Below, in pieces: positions 36,161 through 48,486 of a stretch of DNA of 64,000 nucleotides (positions are counted from its first letter, which is position 1; each line of letters begins with the position of its first letter). The translations under genes were made by a program, and so were the position numbers. Source of the stretch: Leucoraja ocellata. Lineage: Eukaryota. The notes beneath the pieces were generated by a model, which was not told the DNA's origin, made no database searches, and saw only the letters and a list, made by a program, of their open reading frames with translations. Location: NCBI GenBank assembly GCA_036785375.1, contig JAWMAR010000113.1, positions 434,001 to 498,000 on the forward strand. The letters are read 5' to 3'.

Positions 36161-37636
36161 TCGGCCAATCAATCCTTTCAATCGGGTACCCAAATTCCTC
36201 AACACTCCCACAAATCCACGCAATCTCAACTTCAACAATTTTAACAATCCTCAATCATCAAAAAGTTAAGGTGCTCCAGTGAACAACCAAACACAGTCAA
36301 ACACAATCAAACACGCTTCTGCAGCCAGTCTCTCTCTCCCAGAGCAACCTTAATCTAAACACATGCAAATGAGCTCCAAACACGCGAGCAAAATCGTACA
36401 CAGACAAGAGAATATACCACCTATTACTATCATACGAAACCACATTCCAATATAAAATACAAGCATTCGTCTAATATCGCATTCGTTAACTGTACAGTTC
36501 CAAAAGCAAATCACAATATTTTTAAATCCTGCCTTGTGGTATTTTCAACCAACGGAACAATTCCCTCGATACAGCGATCGGAAGGATTCGAACCCCTGGC
36601 TGAACAGCCGCGAGTCGGACTCCAATTATAATAGCAGTCTTAATCAAACTATGTTCTTAGACAGTCGATTCGAACTACTATTACTACAGTATATCTAACA
36701 TTCAAAATTTAAATCATAGGCAATACACAGTGAATACAATGCAACAACGGCAAATCTGAAATACACTTTAAACTACAGCAAAAATGTTATTATACACAGG
36801 TTAACCTAGAAGAAAATATATACACACTTTGAATTAACCAGCACCTCCATATGAGGTCCTTTAGGTAATTTAGGTAGATTTTAATAGAAACATTTTCAGC
36901 TCGTTTTTCTCTTTGTCCAATTATTTTTAGTATGCAAGTTCAAATTCAAATTTTTAAGCAGACGTCTTTAGGATTATGAAATTCTCAGGATTGGTTAAAG
37001 GTATTTTCGGCCAATTTATACTTTAACCATTGAGTTCCCCGAACCTTTACGAGACTCCACCCCGTTTTTTCAGTGATCCAGATATTCCCACACAGGCGGG
37101 GACTCAAACCCACATAGGCTCACCCTTGCAATGGGCTTCTTCCTTACCACCTGCTTGGTACCAGGTGTCAGCGCATAATTGCTTCACGTTGGTAGTCAAT
37201 GCCGATTTTTAGACCGCCTTTCCAATTTGCACCCCCAGCAACGACGCAGTACTTCGCCTCTTAGTACTGTTTAGACCCTGTCCTGTTTTCCAATATCCAG
37301 CCAATATCCAAGTCAGGGCAGGGCCACAAACCACTAATTTTCGATGTCAGGCCAACTCAATGGTTAGATTTTGCAACAGCGCTGTCGACTTAGTTTTTAG
37401 GGGACCTCGAACCCCTGGGAAGGGACTCAAACCCCAAAAAGGCAGGAATGTCCTCAGTGCTTGCTGGACTACTGTTCTACGATCTCATTGGGAACCCCAA
37501 CCCAAGTTCCCGAATGACAGATCCGCTCTGACTAGCGAAGTGGGAAAACCGATGCGAAAACCGCACCGTGGCGCCGATTTCTCTCCTCGCAATCAGGAAC
37601 AGCTCAACACCATCGATTGCAAACTTGTGTCTGGGG

Positions 37637-37654
37637 GTCCTGGACGAGCCCCCA
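37637..37654 (-). promoter_or_regulatory. Primer-binding site, tRNA-Pro
   Basis: TGGGGGCTCGTCCAGGAC, 16/18 match to the MLV-type PBS-Pro TGGGGGCTCGTCCGGGAT. Confidence 0.9.
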
Positions 37655-37655
37655 A

Positions 37656-38134
37656 TGTAGTTATGCTCCTAGACTAAACCCCTTAGTCTAGTTCAGTAAA
37701 ACACCAATTCAAGCATTGGACCACTAAACTTCTATTTTATGAAACAATAACGAATACCCTATACGATACCTAACCACACCGCACGGGATCGATCCTTGTC
37801 TCTGCTTGTCCAAGCCCTTCAGCCTCGAGCAAGCAGTTACTTCCAAAAGGTTACGCAGTCCCAAGCACTCCTCCAGAAGATCGACAACAAACCTCATGGG
37901 GATTACCTTTGAACCTAATGGGGGTTACCTCAAACCCTGTGGGGCAGATTTACATGGGGGTGGTACCCCTACAAACCAATCACAGATATCGATTATACTA
38001 AAGTGTTATTGACAGTTCCCCAACGCAATTACAAAGCACCCCATTATAATGTTTTTACAGAAGCTTCTGGAAGGAAGTCAATCAATCAAGTAATGCAACA
38101 TTCTCCTGGGGAGTATAAACAATTCAAACAAGGC
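37656..38134 (-). repeat. ERV 5' LTR (U3 truncated)
   Basis: Aligns to 31314-31785; directly followed by the PBS. Confidence 0.88.
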
Positions 38135-39059
38135 TTCACACTTCAGGTCGGAGGTTCTGGCTGGCTATCCTACCTATGCCTCTCATAATTGTATATACTT
38201 CTGTCTGGTTTCCCTTCAACCTCTGACGCTCCAGATAAATCAATATGAGTTTGTTCAACCTCTCTTTATAGTTAATACACTTTATCCCAGGCAGCATTCA
38301 ATCAACTATTTCTGCACCCTCTCCAAAGCCTCCTGATCCTTCCTGTTATTGGACCACCAGAACTTCACGCAATACTTTAAATGTGGTGTAATGGAAGTTT
38401 CTTGTTCCTAAACCTTGCATATTCGTCCTTTTTCTTTTTGACCAAATTTAGAGCCTCCTGTTATCTGAGGTTACCTGACCCATCCTTATCCCTTCAGCTT
38501 ATTAGAACATGCCAGTGTCAAACTCTGTTCTGCTGCTCTTTAAACGGCCCCTGATGTGTATTTTACAATAACAGCTGCTTTATGTAATCTACCTGAAGGA
38601 TCTTGTTCTTTCCACGTGCGTCATCGGTACTGATGAGGACCAGAATTTTCTTCACCCTCCTCCCCTTTCATATTCTGTAGCTGCTTGGTGACATCCAATA
38701 CTGAGGGGGCAACATACCACTATGGAACCTCATCTGTGGCCACTGAAACATCTCAACTGTTAACGCGTCTGCTATTGTATCCAACACTGCATTGGCTCTT
38801 CTGTCCTTTCTCTAACTCCCTGCTTTTCTTAAGATTCATTCACAGTGCCATGGACTTTAGCTGTGTTTCATTCTGGACCGTTTGTCTACTCATCAGAGAT
38901 GAAATCTCTGTTATCGTCATCCTCTTAACCTGAGACAATGCCCCCTTGTTCTCGGTCATTTTCTGAGGACCCATATCTTGACCAGATTTGCAGAGTACAA
39001 AAATGAACAAAGTAATTATTTTAGGAAAGTACCACCATAGAACTCATAGTTTGGTTTTA

Positions 39060-39310
39060 GTTTAAAGCTACCGTGTGGAAATAGGCCCTTCGGTCCACTG
39101 AGTCTATACACTGTACGCTAGCACTATCCGATACACTAGGAACAAATTAGTCTTTGGAGTGTGGGAGGAAGCCGGAGCACCAGGAGAAACCCCACAAAGT
39201 CACGGGACAAATGTACATACTCAATATAGACAGTACCCATAGTCGGGATCGAACCTGGGTCTCTGGCGATGTAAGGCAGCAACTCATCCGCTGCGCCTCT
39301 GTGCCTCCCT
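39060..39310 (-). mobile_element. HE1/V-SINE-like
   Basis: tRNA-like head with GGTTCGATCCC B-box and V-core. Confidence 0.75.
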
Positions 39311-40149
39311 TGCATGTGGATATTTACACTATTTAACAGTTATCCATCATTTTTTTAAATGTTTTTGTAGATTTTAATTTTTGGCAGATCCATTAGATTT
39401 TGACAACCAAGCAATTCACTGATCTTCCTTTAGACAGTAGGCATGGATCAACCTCAGTGTAAGTGGTGGCCTGACAGGATAATAACCTTTTTAAAGACCT
39501 AAGAGCCATTTTCATTACCATTGTCTCAGAGTACTGTGATGTTTAGATATGCATTTTTTGGACAGAAAATTATTTTATCTTGGAACAAAATACCTGACGT
39601 GTTGGTGTTTAGTTTCTTGTGTTAATGGTTTAATCCTGGGTGTTCTTAATAATTGTTTGAACAATTCTGGATGATTAGGTAATGAAAGGTTAATGGTTCA
39701 GAACATTACAAAGGCTGATTGCTCGGTTTGTTTAAACTTTTATTTTAAAAAAAGGCCTAATAACACAATGTGTATTTTGATAGAGGACCATTGAGGCCTT
39801 GTATTGCTGGACTTATCCTTCAACTGATTTTCAAGACTCTTAAAAATAATCAGACTGTAAACTCTCATAAGAACATATATAAAATAAGAGCAGGAGGCCA
39901 GAACCATTGAGCCAGTTCTGCTAATAAGTCCATGGCTGAGCTGATGTAATCTTGGCCTCGAATCGACTTTCCTGCCTGTTTGAAATATCCTTTGGCTCCC
40001 TTATAATCTTCCGATGAAAGCAAAAGCTGGAATCACAAGGTCAGTTAAGGAGACCAAGCGTTTGAGTTTCTCCAGCATTTTGTGTCTATCCATCAATATT
40101 TGTTCCTTCCTATACATTTTGTCAGTTAAGGAATGTTTTCTAAATTCTG

Positions 40150-40960
40150 GTCTGATCAACAACCTCATACTTAACATCTCAAAATCTAAGGAGCTGGTTG
40201 TTGATTTCAGAAAGAGGGCCACCCCCCTCCTCCCTCTCTTCATCAATGGAGAGGTGGTTGAGAGGGTCGCCTCCTTTAAGTTCCTCGGGACCACCATACA
40301 TCAATCCCTATCATGGGAGCTCAACACCAGTCTCATAATCAGTAAGTGCCACCAGCGACTCTACTTCCTGCGGCAACTTAAAAAATTCAGTGTCGGTCGA
40401 CCAGCCATGACCCACTTCTATAGGTCTACCATAGAAAGCATACTCACATTATCTATGCTTGTCTGGTATGGTCACACAACCTCGCAGGATAAGATTCGGC
40501 TGGAGAGAATAGTGCGCCGAGCTTCTAAGACCATCGGTTGCAGCAGACTTCCCTCAGTGACATCACTACTCAACAAGACTCACCAGAAAGGCCAAAAAAA
40601 TCATAGCAGATCACTTTCACCCGGCACATTACCTCTTTAATCTCCTCCCATCAGGAAGGAGATATAGAAGCATTAAAAGTAAAACATCTCGCTTCAGAGA
40701 CAGCACCTACCTCCAAGCCATCAAATATTTGAATTTGCACTAATCACTTTGCACTTTCTTTTGCACTTACGCTTAATATGACGCTGCTGGATACTGTCCT
40801 TCCTGTATATATTGTCCTTCGTACGATATTGTCTGTATTATTTATTGTGGTGTATGTGGTGGTTGTATTGTACTGTATTGTATCTGTCTGAGAGCGAACC
40901 AAGACACATTCCTATCAACTTGTTGACATGGCAATAAATTTCTTGAATCTTGAATCTTGA
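40150..40960 (+). mobile_element. Rex1/Babar-type LINE 3' fragment
   Basis: KSKELVVDFRK...FKFLG...QRLYFLRQLKKF...ESILT (ORF 40014-40640); (TCTTGAA) tail. Confidence 0.88.
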
Positions 40961-41101
40961 TCCAACAAAGGGCAGTTCCTATAAGGTATCTTTTGTTGTG
41001 CTGCCTTGGATGGGATGGGGTAATTAATTTGTCTAAATCCATTTGATATAAAATGTCTGCCTCAAGTCTCAGTCTTCTCATCTACTAGGAGAACACATTA
41101 A

Positions 41102-42086
41102 AGGGCCTGTCCCACTTGGGCGACCTAATCTGCGAGTTTAGAAGAGTTTGCCCTCGACTCAAACTCGCAGCATGGTGAACACGAGGTCCTAGGAGGTCCT
41201 ATGAGGTCACTGGAACTCTTCTTCATGCTCGAGGGAAGTTCCCGAATACTCGCGGCCTCAGCATATTGAAACATTTTCCGCAAGTAAATTTTGGTCGGCA
41301 TGGTTCTTTTTGACTCGTAGTGCAGTGGAGTGGGGTTGCTATTTAGTTACAGGCAGTCGAGGGCAGCCTTAGGCAATCTCCTTCGCTAACCGGGCATTTT
41401 GATTGGCTCATTGAAGTTTCAGGACCAAGGAAGACCTACCGGTAGGTAAAATGTCCACTAAACTTTATTATATTTCATAAAAGTGTCTCCACTCCTTCTA
41501 TCCCCTCCCCTTCCCTCCCTTTCCCCCCCCCTCCCCCCCCCTTCCCCNNNNNNNNNNNNNNNNNNNNNNNNNNNNNNNNNNNNNNNNNNNNNNNNNNNNN
41601 NNNNNNNNNNNNNNNNNNNNNNNNNNNNNNNNNNNNNNNNNNNNNNNNNNNNNNNNNNNNNNNNNNNNNNNNNNNNNNNNNNNNNNNNNNNNNNNNNNNN
41701 NNNNNNNNNNNNNNNNNNNNNNNNNNNNNNNNNNNNNNNNNNNNNNNNNNNNNNNNNNNNNNNNNNNNNNNNNNNNNNNNNNNNNNNNNNNNNNNNNNNN
41801 NNNNNNNNNNNNNNNNNNNNNNNNNNNNNNGCTCTCTAAAGGATTTACCGTTACTGTGCAGCTGTTTTACCTTCATCTTCATCGCGCAGACAGCGCTCCT
41901 CCGCCTTCCCTGGCCCCGCCTTTGCGATGTGTTTGTGTGTGTGCGTGTGGTAGGTCGATCCAGCTCGCGGTTTCAACATGGACGGTTGATCCAGCTCGAG
42001 GCTTTCCAGACGAGTGCCCTCGAGCTGGAAGGTCGAAGACTCTCTTTTTAACTCGCCGATTAGATCGCCCAAATGGGACAGGCCCT
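41102..42086. mobile_element. PIF/Harbinger MITE spanning an assembly gap
   Basis: TIR AGGGCCTGTCCCACTTGGGCGA / TCGCCCAAATGGGACAGGCCCT with TAA TSD on both sides. Confidence 0.8.
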
Positions 42087-43664
42087 TAAGCTCTCCAATT
42101 TATCCACACAACTGTAAATGCACAACTATCTTTGTCCCGCCTCCACCCGGACATCATTCTGAGGAAGGGTGTCGACCCGAAACGTTGCCCATTCCTTCTC
42201 TCCAGAGATGCTGCCTCACCCGCTGAGCTCTAAATTCACAACTCTGGAACCATTCCTGCAAATCTCTCCCAAGCCTTCATTCCCTTCCTGAAGGCCAGTG
42301 CCCAAAGTTGAACACAAGCTAGTGCAGTTGCTGGAATCTTGAGAAGCTGGGAATGAACTGGAGTTTTGTAGTCTTAACCTCTTGGATTTTGCACTACTGG
42401 CATTTATTTATTAAGCCCTCAATAACCTACATTTATTGACTGATTTCTGAACCCGTTCTGCCATCCTGAAAGATCTATGTGCAAGTACCCCCCAGGTGTG
42501 GCGATCTAAGTTTCTCAATTTCCATAGATGGACCCGAAATGCTGGAGTAACTTGGAGGGTCAGTCAGCATCTTTGGAGAAAGATTTCTCACTGAGTTACT
42601 CCAGCATTTTGTTTCTATCTTTGAAATAAATTAGCATCTGCAGTTTCATAAAATTACATTCTTAAATTTCCAAATTGAATTTCATCTAATATGCTTGTTC
42701 TTTTCAGCAGTAGCTCTTCTGATGCTTATTTCTCACTGCCTACTGAGTTCAGTCATGTCAACTGCAATTTAAGCCTGAATTGTCTATGATTTAAAAAAAA
42801 AGGATATTTCTTAATCAGAATGCATTGCCGTCATTATATTGCGGAATCTTTGATCCATTTCTAGCCATGAGCAAGATCAGTAAGGTTTATAAATAGAATG
42901 TGGTAAGGTAGTTGAACATTAAAGGCAATGTTGCCCTTTGTCATTTATTAACGATCAAACTCATGAAAGGATAATATTTACTATTGAGTCTGAAGGGTTC
43001 CGACCCAAAATGTCTGCCCATTCTCTCCACAGAAGCTACAGCTGCTGAGTTTCAGCTTCTGCACTTCCTTGTATTTCTAACATTCATTATTGTTTTATTA
43101 ATAATGGTGTGAGCAGTTTGAATGTTTTAGTTCCAATAAGACTTGGAATATGAGGTATATTAATTCAGATGGGTATGCAGGGGCTTTGATATTGTGGGCT
43201 GCAGATCATGGCAAATGGGCTGATGTGAAAGTAAACCAAGACCTGAAGGAGTGGCGTACTGGTAAAAAATTTAAGTTACTTTCACGCCTACCTCTAAGAC
43301 TCGCCCATGAAACAGCCAACTAAAACTTAAAGTGGGTGCAGTGAAGGACCTGGAATATAGCCAATAAAAGGAGCCGTCTAGGTCAATGATATACCATCAA
43401 ACTATTTTGAAATGGGGGCATTGCAACGTGTGCATGGAAATTATACCCAATGCAAGGACAATAAAAATGGAAAATCGACACTCCAGTTTATCTGTGGAAA
43501 TCTTATGCATGTCAATTGGGGAAAGCCACATGGAACAAATAACTTAGGGATACAAAGATGCATTCACGGTCTTCAAATCTATCTTTATACAGCCCTTTCA
43601 CTTTTATTTGATATCTGCACTTTCTGTCTAGCTGTAAAACTGCATTCAGAACAACTGAGAGTAC

Positions 43665-44170
43665 TAAACAAAGCCCTCCATCATTTGGCCCCCTATATCT
43701 CACTGACCTCCTCTCCCCCTACCAACCCTCACGGTCCCTCAGATCCACATCAGCCGGTCTCCTCTCCATCCACAAGTCCAACCTCCGCAGTTTTGGGGAC
43801 AGAGCCTTCTCCAGGGCAGCTCCCAGACTCTGGAACTCCCTCCCCCAACTGATCCGCAATTCCGTCCCTCACCATCTTCCAGTCCCGTCTCAAGACCCAT
43901 CTCTTCACCTCTGCCTATCCTTAGCCCCACGTCCCCCTCCCTTTTCATCTGTGCATTAATTGCCTCATATTGTGTTTTGAATTGAATTCTGTCTTTACTT
44001 TGTGTACTAGTCATGTCTACTATTTATTTCATTCCCCTTACATGTTTTTCCTCTACCTGTGTACTAGTCATGTATCTACTATTTATTTCATTCCCCTTAC
44101 ATGTTTTTCCTCTCCCTGCTAAATTTTTGTAAGGTGTCCTTGAGACTCTTGAAAGGAGCCCATAAATAAA
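43665..44170 (+). mobile_element. L2-type LINE 3' end
   Basis: GDRAFSRAAPRLWNSLP motif; duplicated 3'UTR segment; ATAAATAAA end. Confidence 0.8.
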
Positions 44171-46454
44171 ACACTGGAAGACATTTACCATGGAATCCAA
44201 ATGTTAAAGAAAGCTGCCTAAAATTTGAAATACAAGCAGAAAATGCTTGAAACGCAAATGGCCAGGCAGTATCTATGGAAGGGGGATGAGAGAGAGTTTG
44301 AGTTGAAGTTTTGAGTGAAAGGTAGTATTGAGGTGCATATATATTTTAATCTACCGTGCTGGTTGGAAAAGCTCCAAATTTATTCACGTTTATTAAAAAA
44401 AAACAAGCTCATCAATCAGGTTCAGGCTGGATTCATAAACCCTATCCTCCCAACAGATTGCAAAAGATTTGAGCTGTTGCTTTTAGGTCAAGTACCTTGA
44501 TTGCAACCAAGTAAAATTCATGGACATTTGCTTGGGCAAACCCAGGTACATGGAATCCGTTTCTCCCCTCACACACTGATGCACAATATTTCAGCTAAAT
44601 TAACACTGCATCTTTTGGCTTCAAACTGTCAATTTTGAACACTGGATTGACATCTGCAACCAGCAATATATACTAAAGGTATATCTTGAGTTGCCTGTCT
44701 TAGATTCTTTTAGTCTCATTTGCCATAGACTGTAAATTAAAGACCACTGGATTTGGGGAGTGTCATTGAGTTGCTTAAACCGAGAAGGATGGTCATTGAT
44801 TTGATTTAATGTCATACCCAAAAGCTGTTCCTTTCAGCTGTGCAGTTATCCCTCAATACTGTACCAAGGGTTGGGTTTAGCTGTTACACAGAGTAGCAGT
44901 GTTGACTGTACAGCAACACTGTAAAGGAAACCATTTTGTAATGAAAAAACATTCAAGTTCCATAAAATATCGTGCTCATAAGGTAATTTGTTTATTTCAC
45001 GTGGTGCTGAGGCAATGTTTGACAATAAGACAATGAGCTAAATTATTAGTGCTTCTGATTAATTCAGTAGTTCCTCTGTCAAGAGTTGAAGGGGAGATGT
45101 TTCTTTATTTTAGTTGAGATCTTTTTGCAAAAATGGCTGCTCTGTTCATAACAGAAAGCACATTTCATCAGCTGAAACTGCAGGGATGGTTTTTAAGGTG
45201 CAGGGTGTTCTATTAATTCCAACCTCTCTCCAACCGGTCTTCTGCAAAGAACAGAACGATGAAAATTGTATTCACCATTTTAAGTAGAGACAATTGAATA
45301 ACAAATAGATAAACACGAGTTTTCACATTATTGAACCTAAATGATCTGATGACGTTTCCATGCCTCATGAAGAACAGTAAAATGTTTCAGATGCCACACA
45401 TCTGGCAACTTGGGACATTGCCAGGGATATTGCCAGGTGCCAGGAAACACAAAGACCAAGTCAGTCTTTTCACATTTGCTATGCAGTCATGTCTTTCAGA
45501 AGGAAGACATCTGCTACATTCCAAAGGCTTGTGGATTCATTTCTAATGAAGATAATGTTGTAGCATATATTGATGCCACAACATATTTGGTTGCACATGT
45601 CAATCCAGTCTGCAAGACAGGGTTGACAGCTTGAAGCCAAAAGGTGCAGTGCTAATTTAGCTGAAATATGGTGTATCAGCGTGTGAGGGGAGGAACAGAT
45701 TCCATGTACCTGGGCCTGCCCCAGCAAATGTCCATGAATTTTACTAAGTTGGAATCAAGGTACTTGACCTAAAAGCAATAGCTCAAATCTTTTGCAATCT
45801 TTTGGAAGGTTATGGTTTATGAATCCAGCCTGAATCTGATTGATGAGGTTTTTTTTGTAGATAAATGGGGATAAATTTGGAGCTCTTCCAACCAGCATGG
45901 TTTATTAAAACAGTCTTGAATGGTGCTGAATTACAAGCCAGCAACAGGATGTATACGTTTTTACAGAGTATGCAAACTATTCCTTATCATAACTAATTTA
46001 TGAAGAGTACACATTTTGGCAAAGCAGCGAGACAATATAAAAACAGTACCACAAGATTGAGCACCTTCAGTAGAAACAAGAGAAGATTGTAGAAGGAAAA
46101 TAAATGTATTAAATGTCTAATTTATTTAGATTCAAAGAATGTTCAGTCTCCAATTTGCATATCTGTGGAATGGTCTGCAATGAGGCTGGTGACATTTTAG
46201 AAACACAGCTGATTTCCTAAGATTACCTCTTGTTCTTCTAAATTCCAATCAATCTTGCCCCACTCTGCTCCCACTTTACTCATCACAGGAAACAGCTAGT
46301 GAACCCCATCTACTCTCTGGACAGGATTCACTATACTAAAAGGAAGCTAATGGTAGCACCCATGCGAGTTCCCTGCTGAATAGAACTAATGGCACACTGA
46401 GGTATTGTACTGTACACTGCAAGATGCTGCCTTGAACAAGAACACAATTAATTT

Positions 46455-46580
46455 GTAGGAAGGAACTGCAGATGCAGGTTTACACCAAAGATAGACACAA
46501 AATGCTGGAGTAACTCCGCAGGACAAGCAGCATCTCTGGATAGGAATGGGTGACGTTTCGGGTCGAGACCCTTCTTCAGC
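46455..46580 (-). mobile_element. Penelope pLTR fragment with minimal hammerhead core
   Basis: Minus strand reads CTGAAGAAGGGTCTCGACCCGAAACGTC (46552-46579). Confidence 0.7.
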
Positions 46581-46999
46581 CTGTTCCAATTAATTTGTAA
46601 TGTTTTTAATGACGGTGTCTGATTTAAACTGTGATCTAATGCTTAAAATGTAGTGCTCCTGGAGGAATTTGTTTTAATTTGTCGTGAAACAACATTTACC
46701 AACAAATCTATAGTTAAAATGCATTCATTTTAAAATTATTAATTATATTTCTACATGGGTGTTAGGTGACAAAGGATTGTTGTTGGCTATCGTACTCTAT
46801 TGTGCGCAGAATACTAGATCGACCATTGGTGACAATGTTCCCCCTTAATTTTCAATTCTCTTTACCACATTCCCTTCCAGAATACAATGTGTCTGTAACG
46901 ACTTCGATTATTTTTAACTTAGATTACTTTAAAATAAGATGAGTAATGTTTTTATTTGTGCTGTACCAGAACATGCCGTTCTTTGCCCACCGCAGCTTT

Positions 47000-47572
47000 T
47001 GTAAAATTTTGATAAGGCCGCATTTGGAATACATTGTGCAGTTTTGGTTACCCGATTGTAAGAAGTAAATGGAGGCTTTGGAGAGGTTTACCAGAATGCT
47101 GCCTGGATTACAAGGTGTTACTTATAAGAAGAGGTTGGACAAACTTGGATTGTTTTCTCTGAAGCGTCGGAGTTTGAGAGGAGAGCTAATAGAAATGTAT
47201 AAAATGATGAGAGACGTAGATGGTGTAGAGACGGTCAGAACCTTTTCTTTGCCCAGGGTGAAAATGTCAAAGACCTGAGGGCACAGCTTTAAGGTCAGAA
47301 TGGCAAACTTTAAAGGAGATGCATGAGGCAAGTTTTTTTTTAAATTAGAGAGTGGTGGGTGACTGGACATGCTGGCAAGAGAGGTGATGGACGCCGATCC
47401 AATAGTGGCACTTTAGAAGCTTTGCGATATACACACATGGTTGTGTCGGGAATGGAGAGTAATGGATCACATGGAGGCAGATGAGATTAGTTTAACTTGG
47501 CATTATGTTCGGCACAGACTTGTTGTCTGAAGGGCCTGTTCCTGTGTTGCACTGTTCTTTGTTCTATTTTCT
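47000..47572 (+). mobile_element. Degraded CR1 3' fragment
   Basis: RFTRMLPGL...RLDKLGLFSL motif. Confidence 0.85.
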
Positions 47573-47934
47573 AACGATTGATGCACTGAAGTATTCATGT
47601 TAAATCTGTTCTATATATCCTATAATACATAGTTTAGCCAGATTAACATTTTGGCCAAGCCTTAATCTTTTATCAACCTTGTAAACATTCAACCAGCTGT
47701 CATTAACCCGGGAAGAGTTGTCCGTATGTGGAAAGCAAAGAGGTCCATATATAATGCTTGTTATTGAAATCTCAAATGGTGCTGATTACATGATGACACA
47801 GATTTGTTTGATACTTATTTTAAATATCACCGCTGAAGTAAAGACGGTAAGATGGAGATTTTGTCTGCTTGTTGTGAGTGTAGATACAGATTTTTAAGCC
47901 TTCAAAGTGCAGAATGTTTGAATTGCCTTTTAAT

Positions 47935-48486
47935 AAGCGAGTTCAGTATTCCGAAAAATGCAAGGAATCATGGGATTTGTCAAAGGTCACTCGCTATAAA
48001 GAAAAAGCTAATGAAGCGCTGACTGTATAAACTATGTATAAATTCTTATCTTTATTCATGATTTATGTGTAAAAATGTATTTAATCTGAGGAACGGGGGT
48101 GCCAGGTAGCGGGAGAGCTTGGTGTAACAGTGAGATAGAGGGGCAGATGCGAGTGGGAGACGGGGAGGGAGGGGTAGACTGAACCGGCGGAGATACATTC
48201 TCGGCAGCTGCGCGCACACAGACCTGCGCGTCATCCGTAGCCAGGATCGAATCTGGGTCCCCGGCACCGCAAGCGCTGCCGAACCTCCACTGGGTGATCC
48301 CGGACACCCCCGGACCAGGGATGGGACACCAGGGAGGGGACGGGGACGACCCAGCAACGCCGGAGACCCGGGCCCGACCACGGACGAAACGGAAGTCTGC
48401 ACCCATGCAGATTCACAGCTACCGAGAATGTTTATAGCGAGTGACCCATGACCTGGGCATACGCAGTCGGAATACCGAACTCGCTT
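47935..48486. mobile_element. Non-autonomous DNA transposon with bipartite TIRs (ISL2EU-like)
   Basis: Outer AAGCGAGTTCAGTATTCCGA / TCGGAATACCGAACTCGCTT and inner perfect 16-bp GGTCACTCGCTATAAA / TTTATAGCGAGTGACC; AT on both flanks. Confidence 0.7.

Larger units (their letters stand above)
31314..38134 (-). mobile_element. Internally deleted endogenous retrovirus (class I, epsilon/gamma-like), antisense in GET1 intron 1
   Basis: Two homologous LTRs, tRNA-Pro PBS, gag MGN start, CCHC knuckle, DTG protease, RNase H and integrase remnants. Confidence 0.92.
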
